Shown: positions 50,221-61,649, counted from the first letter of the stretch. The stretch: DNA of 64,000 bases from Verrucomicrobiota bacterium (GCA_013287435.1 JABDDU010000003.1:21685-85684); one strand, 5' to 3'. A program made the numbers and translations. Notes: a model not told the origin generated them from the sequence alone.

Positions 50221-51222
50221 TCAAATCAATTCAATCGACCACCGTGCTTTTACATCACTATTTAAAGGGTCAAATTCACCTTGTGATAATCGAACAAAAC
50301 CATTGTATGCGACCATCGCGGCATTATCCGTGCAAAATTCGCGTCGAGGGAAAAATATTTTTTTGCCTAATTTTGTCAATCGATGGGTCTGTTCGCGTAA
50401 TTTTTCATTGGCAGAAACGCCACCCGCAATCACCAATTGATCGCAATGCATTTCATCTAACGCGCGTTCGGATTTTTTTATTAACGTTTCAATCACGGCG
50501 TCTTCGAAGGCGCAAGCGATATCTGCTTTGATTTGCGCATCATGATTATTTTGCTGGAAGGTATTCATTGCGGCGGTTTTTAAACCGCTAAAACTAAATG
50601 CTAAACCGGGGCGATTTAACATCGGACGCGGAAAATGAAAACGTTTTCCATTCCCACTTTTCGCTAATTTGGCTAATTCGGGACCGCCGGGATAATTTAA
50701 TCCTAATAATTTCGCGGTTTTATCGAAGGCTTCACCGGCGGCATCGTCTACCGTTTCACCTAAAATGCGATAAACACCGTATTTTTCGGCATATAACAAC
50801 ATTGTGTGCCCACCAGAAACCAACAAAGTAACAAAGGGAAATTCAGGTTTTTCTTTTTCTAACATCACCGCCATTAAATGCGATTCTAAATGATGCACGC
50901 CGATACTGGGAATAGCCCATGCAAATGCCAAACTGCGCGCAAGGGATGCACCCACCATCAATGCGCCAATTAATCCAGGTCCGCGCGTATAAGCAATTCC
51001 CGAAATATCTTTTGAAGATAATTTTAATTCAGATAATAATTGCTGAATTAAGGGTAATAATTTTTGAATATGATCGCGTGAGGCTAATTCGGGAACCACT
51101 CCGCCGTATTGTTGATGTAAATCAATTTGACTATGGATACATTGCCCGAGCAAACCTTTATCGCGATCATAGATCGCAACGGCGGTTTCGTCACAGGAAG
51201 TTTCGATTCCTAGTATAATCAT
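50221..51222 (-). CDS. tsaD: tRNA N6-adenosine threonylcarbamoyltransferase TsaD
   Basis: [20 protein letters not shown] and LLVSGGHT motifs. Confidence 0.95.
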   Translation of the reverse strand: MIILGIETSCDETAVAIYDRDKGLLGQCIHSQIDLHQQYGGVVPELASRDHIQKLLPLIQQLLSELKLSSKDISGIAYTRGPGLIGALMVGASLARSLAFAWAIPSIGVHHLESHLMAVMLEKEKPEFPFVTLLVSGGHTMLLYAEKYGVYRILGETVDDAAGEAFDKTAKLLGLNYPGGPELAKLAKSGNGKRFHFPRPMLNRPGLAFSFSGLKTAAMNTFQQNNHDAQIKADIACAFEDAVIETLIKKSERALDEMHCDQLVIAGGVSANEKLREQTHRLTKLGKKIFFPRREFCTDNAAMVAYNGFVRLSQGEFDPLNSDVKARWSIELI

Positions 51223-51248
51223 GAAAATTACCTGGATTAAAAGTTACG

Positions 51249-51318
51249 AGTAATCAGTTATCAGTAAAATGCTACTCGCGCCTCTGACACTGACACTGAT
51301 AACTCACACTGATCACTG
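51249..51318. repeat. Copy of the GTTATCAG / CCTCTGACACTGATAACTCACAC palindromic repeat family
   Basis: TAATCAGTTATCAGT ... CGCGCCTCTGACACTGACACTGATAACTCACACTGATCACTG lies between the tsaD start and the mdh stop. Confidence 0.6.
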
Positions 51319-52302
51319 TTATATTAACCCCAACTCTTTTACCGCTTTACATTCACCGCGCAACTCATCCAGTGTCGCTTTTAATTTCGCTTCACCAAAA
51401 GCATTGTGTTTGATATTTTCTACGACACATACTTTTCCGTTTTCAGTACGACAGGGAAATGAAAAAATTAATCCTTCATCAACACCATATTCACCTTGCG
51501 ATGCGCGACACATCGAAAATGCCTTATTTTTAGGTGTTTCGTGATGCAATGATTTTAATCCATCAATAATGGCGTTCGCAGCTGATGCCGCTGACGATGA
51601 ACCACGCGCTGCGATGACAGCTGCTCCGCGTTGCTGAATGGTTGGAATAAAATAGTCCGTAAACCATTTTTCATCCTTGATCACTTCCACGGCAGATTGA
51701 CCATTAATTTTTGCATGATAAAAATCAGGAAATTGCGTTGACGAATGGTTGCCCCAAATAATCATCTGATCAATATCAGAAACAGCGACACCCGCTTTGT
51801 GCGCTAACTGTGAAACCGCGCGATTTTGATCGAGCATCGTCATTGCAAAAAAACGATCCTGTGGAATATCTTTGGCATGATTCATAGCAATTAAACAATT
51901 GGTGTTACAGGGATTTCCCACCACAAATATTTTCACATCCGATGCTGCATTGTTATTAATCGCCTGCCCTTGTGTTTTAAAAATTCCACCATTTATTTTT
52001 AATAGTTCCGAGCGTTCCATGCCTTGTTTACGCGGCACTGAACCGATTAATGCGGCATAGTTAATATCTTTCATGGCAACAGTGGGATCGTCTGTCATCA
52101 CAATATTATTTAATAACGGAAATGCACAATCTTCTAGTTCCATGGCAACGCCTTTTAATGAAGGCAATGCGGGTGTGATTTCTAATAAATGCAAATCCAC
52201 TTTAACATCAGGGCCGAAAACTTGACCGGATGCTAGACGAAATAATAAGGCGTAACCGATTTGGCCAGCGCCGCCGGTGATAGCGATTTTAATTGTTTTC
52301 AT
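51319..52302 (-). CDS. mdh: Malate dehydrogenase
   Basis: [17 protein letters not shown]ossmann N-terminus and IWGNHSSTQ motif. The ATG at 52302 overlaps the cysQ stop (ATGA). Confidence 0.9.
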   Translation of the reverse strand: MKTIKIAITGGAGQIGYALLFRLASGQVFGPDVKVDLHLLEITPALPSLKGVAMELEDCAFPLLNNIVMTDDPTVAMKDINYAALIGSVPRKQGMERSELLKINGGIFKTQGQAINNNAASDVKIFVVGNPCNTNCLIAMNHAKDIPQDRFFAMTMLDQNRAVSQLAHKAGVAVSDIDQMIIWGNHSSTQFPDFYHAKINGQSAVEVIKDEKWFTDYFIPTIQQRGAAVIAARGSSSAASAANAIIDGLKSLHHETPKNKAFSMCRASQGEYGVDEGLIFSFPCRTENGKVCVVENIKHNAFGEAKLKATLDELRGECKAVKELGLI

Positions 52303-53105
52303 GGTAAATTCCTTAGAAATTGTTGGCATTGTGATACATCGGCAATCGCGATAAATGACGGATTGATCAGCGATGACTTTGCGTTATAGTGCAGTGGGTT
52401 TCCCTTAAAATCAACTACTGATCCACCCGCTTCAACCACAATACACTGTCCCGCAGCAGTATCCCACTCACTGGTTGAGCCGAAACGCACATACATATCC
52501 GCTAATCCACGCGCAATCATCGTAAATTTTAACGCACTATTCATTTGCGTGATTTTAATTTCTTTAAAAGATCTTTCTAATGATTTTTTAAAATGGGATT
52601 GATGATCGAAATGTCCGGTCAATAAATGCAGTAAGGATGAATTATATTTTGAGGTGTGAATTTTTTGTGTCACCTTATTTTTCACGTCTAAAAAAAATGC
52701 GCCATTATTTTTGGTTGCATAAAAACAATGATGATTCACCGGCGAATAAATCACGCCTAAAATAGGCTCATGATTTTCAATCAATGCGATATTAATACAA
52801 AATTCGGAACTGCGTGCAATAAATCCACGAGTGCCATCGAGCGGATCAATCAACCAATAACGCGACCAATTTTGTCGAATTGAAAAATCAGGAATAGTAT
52901 TTTCTTCTGATAAAACAGGAATGGAGGAATCTATTTTTAATAATTGTTCGGTAATAATTTTATTCGCGGCGATATCAGCTTGTGTGACGGGTGATTGATC
53001 GGATTTCAGTGTGATGGAATGTGAAAATCCGCTGTGAAAATGGGATAGTAAAGCTTCTCCGGCTTTTTGTGCAGCATTCATTGCAGCGGGTAAATAATCC
53101 ATCAC
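52299..53105 (-). CDS. cysQ: 3'(2'),5'-bisphosphate nucleotidase CysQ (inositol monophosphatase family)
   Basis: [13 protein letters not shown] and EWDTAAG motifs. Confidence 0.8.
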   Translation of the reverse strand: MMDYLPAAMNAAQKAGEALLSHFHSGFSHSITLKSDQSPVTQADIAANKIITEQLLKIDSSIPVLSEENTIPDFSIRQNWSRYWLIDPLDGTRGFIARSSEFCINIALIENHEPILGVIYSPVNHHCFYATKNNGAFFLDVKNKVTQKIHTSKYNSSLLHLLTGHFDHQSHFKKSLERSFKEIKITQMNSALKFTMIARGLADMYVRFGSTSEWDTAAGQCIVVEAGGSVVDFKGNPLHYNAKSSLINPSFIAIADVSQCQQFLRNLP

Positions 53106-53647
53106 TACAACATCCGTTCCAATAATAAAACCGCTGCCACGCTTCGAGATTCATGAAATTCTGGATGCGCCAATAATGCATTAATATCGCTTATTTTCCA
53201 GGGAATGACTTCGATGGGTTCGGGTTCATCGCCTTGCATTTTTTTCGGAAATAATTCTGTCGCCAAGACAATATCCATATAGGCATTAAAATAGGCGGGA
53301 GATAAACTCCATTTGGCCAAATGAAGTAATTTTTTGGCGCCATAACCCACTTCTTCCATCAATTCACGATCCGCAGTAACGAGTGCATCCTCACCTTGAT
53401 CCATAGCACCTTTGGGAAATCCCAATGTATATTTTCCTGCGGCGGCTGCGTATTCGCGAATTAACAAAAATGTGTCGTCATCTAACATGGGAATAATCAT
53501 CACCGCACCGGGATGATGCCCTACAATTCTTTCAAAGTGACCTTCATGACCATTTGAAAAACGCAGATGTATTTCTTCGATTTGAAATATACGCGTTTTA
53601 GCCAGTGTTTTGGTGGAAAGTATTTTTGGATATTGAGACATCGTCAC
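53105..53647 (-). CDS. NUDIX hydrolase (ADP-sugar pyrophosphatase / NudE-like)
   Basis: Nudix box GFPKGAMDQGEDALVTADRELMEEVGY. Confidence 0.8.
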   Translation of the reverse strand: MTMSQYPKILSTKTLAKTRIFQIEEIHLRFSNGHEGHFERIVGHHPGAVMIIPMLDDDTFLLIREYAAAAGKYTLGFPKGAMDQGEDALVTADRELMEEVGYGAKKLLHLAKWSLSPAYFNAYMDIVLATELFPKKMQGDEPEPIEVIPWKISDINALLAHPEFHESRSVAAVLLLERML

Positions 53648-54387
53648 CTCGTCACAACCACTAATGTGCCTAATTTTACAAATTGTTTATTCAGCCATTC
53701 TGCATCGGCTTTAAACATACGCACACAACCAGCACTTCGATTAATAAAACCCGATAACGTAGAATAATGCATCGCAGTACCACCGTGAAAATACATGCAA
53801 TAAGGCATGGGATCACCGCCATGCGTTTCTAACGGAAATTCATGCGATATACAATTTTTTCCTTCAACACGAAATACTCTAAATTTACCGGTTATCGTAG
53901 AACACGTTTTATGTGAAGCCCCATAACATTTTTTACGGCCACTACTAACAGGGCCCCAATATAATAATTTTCCGGTTTTGTCGTAGGCACCAAAAGCAAA
54001 CAGGTTTAAATTAATATCAACTTCTTTTTGTCCGTGGGTGTTTATCTGTTTAGGCAATGGTGACATATCCATGTACGTTGTTTTGGAAAAATTTTTGGGG
54101 ATAACAACCCAATTACGATACATGAGCGCCACATTGGTTCGGTTCAAACGCATCGCTTCTTCACGTTGTTGAAAATGGGGAAACAAGGTGTACCAATGAT
54201 CTTTTGTCGTAACGGCGCGACAATAATAGCCAGGTGTGTTACATAACGTTTGGCCGTAATTGACAGCGCTCGCAGCGGCTTCTTCCGCAGCATAGACATG
54301 AGGTGGAATTTCAGCGCCGGAATCATCGGCAAACACTGAAAAACAGGGTGAAAACAATAAAAATAAAATGCATAAACGTTTGATCAA
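53644..54387 (-). CDS. L,D-transpeptidase (YkuD domain), secreted
   Basis: Signal peptide followed by the catalytic motif HGG...SAGCVRM. Confidence 0.8.
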   Translation of the reverse strand: MIKRLCILFLLFSPCFSVFADDSGAEIPPHVYAAEEAAASAVNYGQTLCNTPGYYCRAVTTKDHWYTLFPHFQQREEAMRLNRTNVALMYRNWVVIPKNFSKTTYMDMSPLPKQINTHGQKEVDINLNLFAFGAYDKTGKLLYWGPVSSGRKKCYGASHKTCSTITGKFRVFRVEGKNCISHEFPLETHGGDPMPYCMYFHGGTAMHYSTLSGFINRSAGCVRMFKADAEWLNKQFVKLGTLVVVTR

Positions 54388-54467
54388 GATTGTAACCTTT
54401 TATTTAGCTTCTCATCGAAACATGATACCTTTTGCGCACAGTATAATGAATAAAAACGTGATGTCCT

Positions 54468-55604
54468 ATGAATTTTCAAGCTATCCCACTGAGTTTATAC
54501 ATTCACATCCCCTGGTGCATCAAAAAATGCCCTTATTGTGATTTTAATTCGCATGCTGCAACGGGCGAGTTGCCTGAAAAAGCGTATATTGATCAATTGC
54601 TCATAGATTTACAATCACAATTTCACTTAGTACACGATCGTCCGATTCACAGTATTTTTATCGGTGGTGGTACGCCGAGTTTATTTTCGCCAGAAGCGTA
54701 TGAATTATTATTGTCACAGTTGCGAAATGAATTGGATATTCCATCTGATATTGAAATCACTTTAGAAGCGAATCCAGGGACAACAGAAGCCAGTCGATTT
54801 AAAGGCTATTTTGATGTCGGCATTAATCGTATTTCATTGGGTGTACAAAGTTTTCAAAATTCGAAATTAAAAGTATTAGGACGAATTCACGATAATGATC
54901 AAGCGAAAAAGGCTTTTTTAGAAGCGCGACGTGCGGGTTTTCAAACTATCAATATTGATTTAATGTTTGGATTGCCGAATCAAACGATGGATGATGCGTT
55001 ATTTGATTTGCAATCGGCGATTGATTTAGCACCGAATCATCTATCGTGGTATCAATTAACGCTAGAACCCAATACTTTTTTTCATCGATTTCCGCCGGTT
55101 TTACCGAGTGATGATGAGCGATTTGAAATTCAGCAAGCAGGTCAAAAATTATTGGTCAACAATGGATTTCCGCAATATGAAATTTCGGCCTATGGTTTTC
55201 AAAAAGCAAAACATAATTTAAATTATTGGCTGTTTGGCGATTATTTGGGAATTGGTGCGGGTGCGCATGCGAAATTAACCGATTTTTCTAAAGGAAACAT
55301 TATTCGCCGCTGGAACACCAAACATCCGAAGCAGTATTTATCAGCTCACAGAGAAAATTTATTTGAATCGAAAATCATTGAACAAGAAGAATTGCCGCTG
55401 GAATTTATGATGAATGCGCTGCGATTGCGACAACCTATTTCTATCGAACTATTCGAAGGTCGAACGGGTTTGAAGTTTAATGTGATTGAAAAGGAAATTC
55501 AAAAGGCGGTTGACTTAAATTTATTAATGGTAGACAAAAGTGATTTTCAGGTGACAGAAAAAGGATATTTATTTTTGAATGATTTGCTTGAAATATTTCT
55601 GTGA
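54468..55604 (+). CDS. hemW: Radical SAM heme chaperone HemW (HemN-like)
   Basis: YIHIPWCIKKCPYCDFNS radical-SAM cluster motif and GGGTPS. 378 aa. Confidence 0.85.
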   Translation: MNFQAIPLSLYIHIPWCIKKCPYCDFNSHAATGELPEKAYIDQLLIDLQSQFHLVHDRPIHSIFIGGGTPSLFSPEAYELLLSQLRNELDIPSDIEITLEANPGTTEASRFKGYFDVGINRISLGVQSFQNSKLKVLGRIHDNDQAKKAFLEARRAGFQTINIDLMFGLPNQTMDDALFDLQSAIDLAPNHLSWYQLTLEPNTFFHRFPPVLPSDDERFEIQQAGQKLLVNNGFPQYEISAYGFQKAKHNLNYWLFGDYLGIGAGAHAKLTDFSKGNIIRRWNTKHPKQYLSAHRENLFESKIIEQEELPLEFMMNALRLRQPISIELFEGRTGLKFNVIEKEIQKAVDLNLLMVDKSDFQVTEKGYLFLNDLLEIFL

Positions 55605-55610
55605 TACTTT

Positions 55611-55728
55611 CTTTCGCACTCGCTAACGCGAGCGCTTCTAAAATATGTCACTAGAACAAACGTTCTGCGATGACAAAGATATTTTCTAGTGCCGTATGTT
55701 AGAAGCCGAGCGTTAGCGAAGGCGAAAA
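55611..55728. repeat. ~118-bp palindromic element (CTTTCGCACTCGCTAACGCGAGCGCTTCTAA arms)
   Basis: The left arm at 55611-55641 is inverted relative to TTAGAAGCCGAGCGTTAGCGAAGGCGAAA at 55699-55728. An inner pair CACTAGAA / TTCTAGTG is also present. The element overlaps the 3' end of the 277-aa ORF. Confidence 0.7.
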
Positions 55729-56532
55729 CCTAACGTGATACCCGCCAAACTTTCTCACATTCAAAACGCCAGTATTTAACATCAAATACTGGCCTTTGAT
55801 TCCCAACAAAACGCCTTCGATTTTAGGTGTTTTATCGAATGATAATGCATTTATTTTTGCGGGATATTCTAAAACGGGATATTGGAAGGTTAAAACATTT
55901 TTTTCATCTAATAAAGTAATTTCATCAGAATATTTTTTTAAAATCAGAGCAAGATTTTTTTCGGCTTGTGATAATAATAATTTTTTTTCAGCAAGCAAAT
56001 CAACGGGTGCTACAGATTCACGCAACATCACACGCCAATTGGTTTTATCAGCGACGTATTGTTTTAATGCCACTTCGATTAATCCCGCTTGATAACGATT
56101 ATGTGTTTTAAAAATCGGTAATGCTTGTGCCGCTCCTTGATCAATCCACCGCGACGGCATATTTTTCGTGCGTGTAATACCGACTTTTAATCCCGATGAA
56201 TTTGCTAAATAGACCACATGTTCTTGATGGCATTGTTGATGCGCCCAATGGGCGGGATCGCAATTGCCGGTTTCAACCAGACATTTTTCTGGGTGAATGA
56301 GGCAATTATTGCAGTCATTGATTTTTTGCATACACGGAAAACAATAGCCTTGTTGAAAACTTTGTTTGGTTTTTCGATCGCATTGAATGCAGTGGATTTC
56401 GTTGAGAAATTCGAGGGAGATTTTTTTGTTGAGGAAGTTGTTTAAAATGATTTTATGATTATCTAGCGTTAATTCGTATTGAATGGGGGTTTCGTGCGAT
56501 ACAAGCATTTTATGGAGATAACCTTGAATCAT
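55699..56532 (-). CDS. Conserved hypothetical protein (DUF2797-like, Cys-rich)
   Basis: CIQCDRKT...CFPC...CNNCLIHPEKC cysteine clusters. The last ~10 codons (FSPSLTLGF) are repeat-encoded. Confidence 0.5.
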   Translation of the reverse strand: MIQGYLHKMLVSHETPIQYELTLDNHKIILNNFLNKKISLEFLNEIHCIQCDRKTKQSFQQGYCFPCMQKINDCNNCLIHPEKCLVETGNCDPAHWAHQQCHQEHVVYLANSSGLKVGITRTKNMPSRWIDQGAAQALPIFKTHNRYQAGLIEVALKQYVADKTNWRVMLRESVAPVDLLAEKKLLLSQAEKNLALILKKYSDEITLLDEKNVLTFQYPVLEYPAKINALSFDKTPKIEGVLLGIKGQYLMLNTGVLNVRKFGGYHVRFSPSLTLGF

Positions 56533-56548
56533 TGATTAAACCTTCTAA

Positions 56549-56592
56549 CTTTCGCACTCGCTAACGCGAGCGCTTCTAAACTATATCACTAG
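56549..56592. repeat. Solo arm of the same element, 17 nt upstream of the 277-aa ORF start
   Basis: CTTTCGCACTCGCTAACGCGAGCGCTTCTAAACTATATCACTAG is nearly identical to 55611-55654 and lies in direct orientation. Confidence 0.7.
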
Positions 56593-56596
56593 CGCA

Positions 56597-56956
56597 TCAT
56601 TGCTCAGAATTCACGGCGATTAGATATTCTTTTACTGGTTTTCCACCAATCAAATGCTCTTGAATAATACGCTCTAAGACGTCGGGCGTGCAGTGTTTAT
56701 ACCAGACGCCTTCAGGGTACACGACAGCGATTGGGCCTTCGCAACAAATACGTAAACAATTGGCTTTGGTGCGAAGTATTCCAGTTTCAGCCGTTAAATT
56801 TAATTCGTTTAAACGTCGTTTTAGAAATGCCCACGAAATCAAACCCTCTTCTTTCAAGCAACATTTGGGTTTAGTTTGATCGCAACATAAAAAAATATGA
56901 TGTTTGATTTTGTCAATGTGGAGTGTGGAAAATTTTTCTGTTAATTGATCGGTCAT
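56597..56956 (-). CDS. Thioredoxin-like [2Fe-2S] ferredoxin family protein
   Basis: 119 aa with Cys pairs [11 protein letters not shown] and CLRICCEGP. Confidence 0.45.
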   Translation of the reverse strand: MTDQLTEKFSTLHIDKIKHHIFLCCDQTKPKCCLKEEGLISWAFLKRRLNELNLTAETGILRTKANCLRICCEGPIAVVYPEGVWYKHCTPDVLERIIQEHLIGGKPVKEYLIAVNSEQ

Positions 56957-57015
56957 CGAAATCTCTATTAATTTTCATGTTCACTGCAAAGCGCCTCAGT
57001 CGATCACTTTCACAC

Positions 57016-58218
57016 TCATCCCTCTATCGATTCAATTTTCACATCCACTTCCACATTTTTTGTGTAATCCACCCCATCCACTTCAAATCCAAATAATTTA
57101 TAAAAATCGTGACGATAACCTTTAAGATCACTCAGCGAATGAATATTATCAGTGGATATTATTTTCCATGTATCTGCAATCGCTTTTTGCACATCAGGCT
57201 GCATTTCCCAATCATCCATGCGAACGCGTTGTTCCTCATCCACTTTTATTTCACCATTGACATAAACAAAATCATGCAATAATCGATAAATTTGTTCAAT
57301 ACATCCTTCGTGAGTTTTTTTATCTTTCATGATTTTAAATAAAATGGACATATATAATGGGACTACTGGAATAGCTGAGCTTGCTTGCGTCACCAATGCT
57401 TTATTCACTGATATAAATGCGTGACCACCGGTTTTTTTTAATTGTTCATCTAGTCGATGTGCTGTTGTTAATAAATCATCTTTGGCTTTTCCAATCGTGC
57501 CATTTTTATAAATTGCATGCGTTACTTCGGGACCCACATAGGTGTACGCAAAAGTAATGGCGTTATCTGCCAGTAATTTTTCGCGATGCAATAAATCCAT
57601 CCACATAGCCCAATCTTCACCACCCATAACGGCAATGGTATCTGCAATTTCTGCTTCATCCGCAGGATTAATCGCAATGTCAGTCACGGTACCCGTTAAC
57701 GGATCAACCGTTTTGTTTCGATAAATTTCACCAATCGGCTTTAATACAGAACTAAACGTTTCGCCAGAAACAGGATGCGTGCGACGCGGAGATGCCAAAC
57801 TATAAACCACTAAATCAATTTGCCCTAAATCACGTCGAATTAAGTCGACAACCTGTTTTTTAATCTCATCTGAAAAAGCATCACCATTAATACTTTTGGC
57901 ATAATGACCATCTTGATGCGCGATTTTTTCAAATGCGGCTGAATTGTACCAACCAGCAGTTGCTGTGCGTTTATCAGTAGCTGGTTTTTCAAAAAATACA
58001 CCTATCGTTTTTGCACCCGCGGCATACGTTGCCGCAATGCGAGATGCCAAACCATAACCGGTCGACGCACCAATAACTAAAACATTTTTGGGTGGATGCA
58101 CTAATCGTGGTTTCGATTTTACATAATTTATTTGTTTTGCAACGTTCTGATAACAACCGACAGGATGCGCGGTTGTACAAATAAATCCACGTACTTTAGG
58201 TTCGACAATCATAGGCAA
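57016..58218 (-). CDS. fabV: Enoyl-[ACP] reductase FabV (trans-2-enoyl-CoA reductase family)
   Basis: MIVEPKVRGFICTTAHPVGC N-terminus, VLVIGASTGYGLASRI, ~400 aa. Confidence 0.9.
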   Translation of the reverse strand: MPMIVEPKVRGFICTTAHPVGCYQNVAKQINYVKSKPRLVHPPKNVLVIGASTGYGLASRIAATYAAGAKTIGVFFEKPATDKRTATAGWYNSAAFEKIAHQDGHYAKSINGDAFSDEIKKQVVDLIRRDLGQIDLVVYSLASPRRTHPVSGETFSSVLKPIGEIYRNKTVDPLTGTVTDIAINPADEAEIADTIAVMGGEDWAMWMDLLHREKLLADNAITFAYTYVGPEVTHAIYKNGTIGKAKDDLLTTAHRLDEQLKKTGGHAFISVNKALVTQASSAIPVVPLYMSILFKIMKDKKTHEGCIEQIYRLLHDFVYVNGEIKVDEEQRVRMDDWEMQPDVQKAIADTWKIISTDNIHSLSDLKGYRHDFYKLFGFEVDGVDYTKNVEVDVKIESIEG

Positions 58219-58370
58219 ACTCCCAATAAACTCTCAAAAAACGGGAGTTTAGCATTTTATTTGGTGTAAGTGTGAGCTCGAGTTTCGAGTATTTACTTTT
58301 CAGAAAGCGCTGTGTAAACTCGGTTCCAGTTCTTCTATCTGGTAGTTTTTTGGCACAGGAGTTTTAGTTC

Positions 58371-59978
58371 ATGACAAAATTTCACAAAAACATTTCAACT
58401 TTTTCATTGATGATGACAGGCATTACGTCAATCGTTGGATCAGGTTGGTTGTTGAGTACTCAAAAAATTGCCAATGTTGCTGGTCCTGCAGGAATAGTTT
58501 CATGGATATTTGGTGCGCTGATTGCACTTGTCGTCGGACTTTTGTTTGTTGAAATGGGAAGCAATTATCCATCTGCCGGTGGTATTGGTTATTATGCGAA
58601 TATCACGCACGGCCGCTTTTGTGGTTTTTTAACATCTTGGATTAACTGGTTATGTATCGTGGCAGTGCCGCCCGTTGAAGCGCAAGGTATTATTCAATAC
58701 CTTAGTCAATTATCTCCGCTGTGGAATCGTTTTTATGACATTCCAACGCATTCGCTAACGCATTTGGGTATTGCAGGTGCATTGGTTTTGATGTTTGCGT
58801 TTATGCTGATCAACTATTGGAGCGTTCAACTTTTTATTCGTTTCAATAATTTTTTCACTATTATTAAAATTGTGGTTCCCTTATTAACTGTCGGAGCATT
58901 AATTTATAGCGGTTTTCATCCCAGCAATTTTTCGAATACCGCGGATGGTGGATTTATGCCATTCGGTATGAAATCCATTTTTATCAGTATCGTTTCTTGT
59001 GGCGTCGTAATGTCTTTCAATGGTTTTCAGGCACCACTTACTTTTTCTGAAGAAATCAAATCACCAAAAACCATGTTACCCATTGCTATCATCGGCAGCA
59101 TTTTAATTTCATTGGTTTTATATTTGTTATTACAAGTTGCTTTTGTGGGAAGCTTAAGTCCAGTATTGTTAATGCATAGCGGATGGGCTGGCATTAATTT
59201 CCGTTCGCCTTACGTTCAATTATTGTTGGCGGCTAATTTGCAACTAATGGTGATGATGGTTTATGTTGGCTCTGTTGTTTCGCCAGGTGTATGCGGTGCT
59301 GCGTTTACAGCATCCGGCTCACGCATTATGTATTCGCTTGCGCGTGAGGGACATTTACCCCGCTTTTTAAGCGTCATTCATCCTGTTTTTAAAAATCCCA
59401 GAAATGCGATTCTGATGACCATCGTCGTTGGCTGTATCTTTTTATTTTTATTCCGTGGATGGTACCAATTAGTTGCAGTGATTTCAGTATTACATTTATT
59501 CTCGTATTTACCAGCGCCCATTGTTGCTATGGCAAATCGCGTAAAAAATCGCGCAACTCTTTTATCTAAAGATCAATTTATGTTGCCTTACGCACATGTG
59601 CTAGCACCATTATTATTAATTGTTTTATCAATATTATTGTTTTATGCTGGATGGCCACTGATTCCTGAGCTGTTAACGTTAATAATTCCTGGTCTTTGCT
59701 TGTATCTTTATTATGAAACTAAATATAAAGGCAGCAAAAATGTTCCTGCGGCAATCAAAGGTGTTTCCTGGTTTATTTTATACTTCATCGGACTGTGTCT
59801 GATTGTGTATTTCGGTCACAATGATTCTCCGGGAACGGTTATGTCAACGAAAGAAAGTATGATTTCGTTGGTTGTGTTATCTTTGGTGATTTATTTTTAT
59901 GGTGCTTTTTATTCATGGGACAAGCGTGTATTTGTTCCGCGTTATACAGAAACACCGCATGAAGAGATAAGTGTTTAA
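58371..59978 (+). CDS. APC-family amino acid/polyamine permease
   Basis: 535 aa, ~12-13 TM segments, with the SIVGSGWLL N-terminal motif. Confidence 0.8.
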   Translation: MTKFHKNISTFSLMMTGITSIVGSGWLLSTQKIANVAGPAGIVSWIFGALIALVVGLLFVEMGSNYPSAGGIGYYANITHGRFCGFLTSWINWLCIVAVPPVEAQGIIQYLSQLSPLWNRFYDIPTHSLTHLGIAGALVLMFAFMLINYWSVQLFIRFNNFFTIIKIVVPLLTVGALIYSGFHPSNFSNTADGGFMPFGMKSIFISIVSCGVVMSFNGFQAPLTFSEEIKSPKTMLPIAIIGSILISLVLYLLLQVAFVGSLSPVLLMHSGWAGINFRSPYVQLLLAANLQLMVMMVYVGSVVSPGVCGAAFTASGSRIMYSLAREGHLPRFLSVIHPVFKNPRNAILMTIVVGCIFLFLFRGWYQLVAVISVLHLFSYLPAPIVAMANRVKNRATLLSKDQFMLPYAHVLAPLLLIVLSILLFYAGWPLIPELLTLIIPGLCLYLYYETKYKGSKNVPAAIKGVSWFILYFIGLCLIVYFGHNDSPGTVMSTKESMISLVVLSLVIYFYGAFYSWDKRVFVPRYTETPHEEISV

Positions 59979-59995
59979 AAATCTATGTTTTTAAA

Positions 59996-60108
<113 letters not shown>

Positions 60109-60141
60109 TTTAAAAATAGTGTGAGTGTGAGTATTTAAAAC

Positions 60142-61626
60142 ATGACCTATCTGGCACTTGCTCGAAAATGGCGCCCAAAACGATTTGATCAAATCGTCGG
60201 TCAATCACATGTCATTCAATCACTCACTCATGCACTGACACATCATAAAATTCATCATGCGTATTTATTCACAGGCACACATGGCATTGGCAAAACGACG
60301 TTCGCGAGAATATTTGCAAAATGTTTAAATTGCGAAGCAGGCATCAGCGCAACACCCTGCGAAAAATGTTCAAATTGCCAAGAAATTGATAGCGGTCGAT
60401 TTCCCGATTTATATGAAATCGATGCGGCATCACGCACCAAAGTAGAAGACACGCGTGAATTATTAGATAACATTCCCTACTCACCCACCAAAGGTAAATT
60501 TAAAGTTTATCTCATTGATGAAGTGCATATGCTTTCTGGTCATAGTTTCAATGCGTTATTGAAAATATTGGAAGAACCACCTGAACATGTAAAATTTTTA
60601 TTGGCAACGACCGATCCTCAAAAATTACCGGTAACTGTTTTGTCGCGCTGCTTACAATTTCATTTATCAAAAATGCTAGCTGAACAAATTAATCATCAAT
60701 TAATTTTTATTTTGGAATCCGAAAAAATTAATTTTGAACCTGAAGCATTACCTTTAATCGCTGAATCTGCGAACGGCAGTATGCGTGATTCATTAAGCTT
60801 GCTTGATCAATGTATTTCCTATGGTAATGGAAAAATAAAAACAGCTGAGATACAGGCGCTCTTGGGATTATCCAATCAAGCAGAAATCATCTCATTATTA
60901 AAAGCCATTTGTGCGAATGATGCGAATACTGCACTTGCGCTCACAAAATCATGGGCGGAGAACGGCGTGAATTTTACACGTTGTTTATCCGAATTATTAA
61001 CGCAGTTGTATCGAATTTCTGTCAAGCAAGCAATAGATAAAAATTTTGTATCCGAATTTTCTCGCGAATCAGTTGAATTATATTATCGAATCGGATTAAT
61101 TGGGCAACGCGATTTGCCGCTCGCACCCACCGCGCAAATCGGTTTTGAAATGATTGTAATAAGGATGATGGGTTCAACACCTGCTTTGAAGGGTGTCGCA
61201 AAAACGCATCATACTACGAAGAGCGAGGTGGAACCGCGAGCAAGCGAAACAAGCCTCAATTGGAACATCTTACTTCTAAAACTCAACCTCACCGGCCCCA
61301 CTCTCGCACTCGCTCAACAATGCGCTCTAAAATCATACGCCAATGATTTATTGCATCTTACACTACATCCCAAATACGCAGCGCTTTTAAACCCAAAACA
61401 ACAACAACGTATTCAAGGGGCTCTTACTCAACACCACAATCAAAACACAAAAATAAAAATCACGATTGAGGAAAATAAAATGGAAACGCCGGCGGAATCG
61501 GCTGCGCGTTTACAGGATGCACAGAAACAATCGGCAAAAAAGGCGATTTCTGCTGATCCAACGGTTCAACGGATTGTAAAAACTTTTGATGCATCGGTCA
61601 TTGAAGACAGCATTGAATCTACTTAA
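60142..61626 (+). CDS. dnaX: DNA polymerase III subunit tau (gamma/tau)
   Basis: LARKWRPKRFDQIVGQ, GTHGIGKTT, YLIDEVHMLS and the zinc-module Cys pattern. Confidence 0.95.
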   Translation: MTYLALARKWRPKRFDQIVGQSHVIQSLTHALTHHKIHHAYLFTGTHGIGKTTFARIFAKCLNCEAGISATPCEKCSNCQEIDSGRFPDLYEIDAASRTKVEDTRELLDNIPYSPTKGKFKVYLIDEVHMLSGHSFNALLKILEEPPEHVKFLLATTDPQKLPVTVLSRCLQFHLSKMLAEQINHQLIFILESEKINFEPEALPLIAESANGSMRDSLSLLDQCISYGNGKIKTAEIQALLGLSNQAEIISLLKAICANDANTALALTKSWAENGVNFTRCLSELLTQLYRISVKQAIDKNFVSEFSRESVELYYRIGLIGQRDLPLAPTAQIGFEMIVIRMMGSTPALKGVAKTHHTTKSEVEPRASETSLNWNILLLKLNLTGPTLALAQQCALKSYANDLLHLTLHPKYAALLNPKQQQRIQGALTQHHNQNTKIKITIEENKMETPAESAARLQDAQKQSAKKAISADPTVQRIVKTFDASVIEDSIEST

Positions 61627-61649
61627 CTTAATTTTTTGGGGAGAAAACT

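Noticed and set aside
58219-58370. CTCCC...GGGAG hairpin and GTGTAAGTGTGAG motif between the divergent fabV and permease genes, considered as a terminator or sRNA
   Set aside because: The genes diverge here, so a terminator makes no sense. I note the motif only as another copy of the GTGTGAG family.
61534-61560. A AAA AAG heptamer in dnaX, in the same phase as the E. coli dnaX -1 frameshift site, with a -1 frame TGA four codons downstream
   Set aside because: It lies only ~29 codons before the normal stop, so frameshifting would not create a gamma-like truncation. Lys-Lys encoded as AAA AAG after an A is expected by chance in an AT-rich genome.
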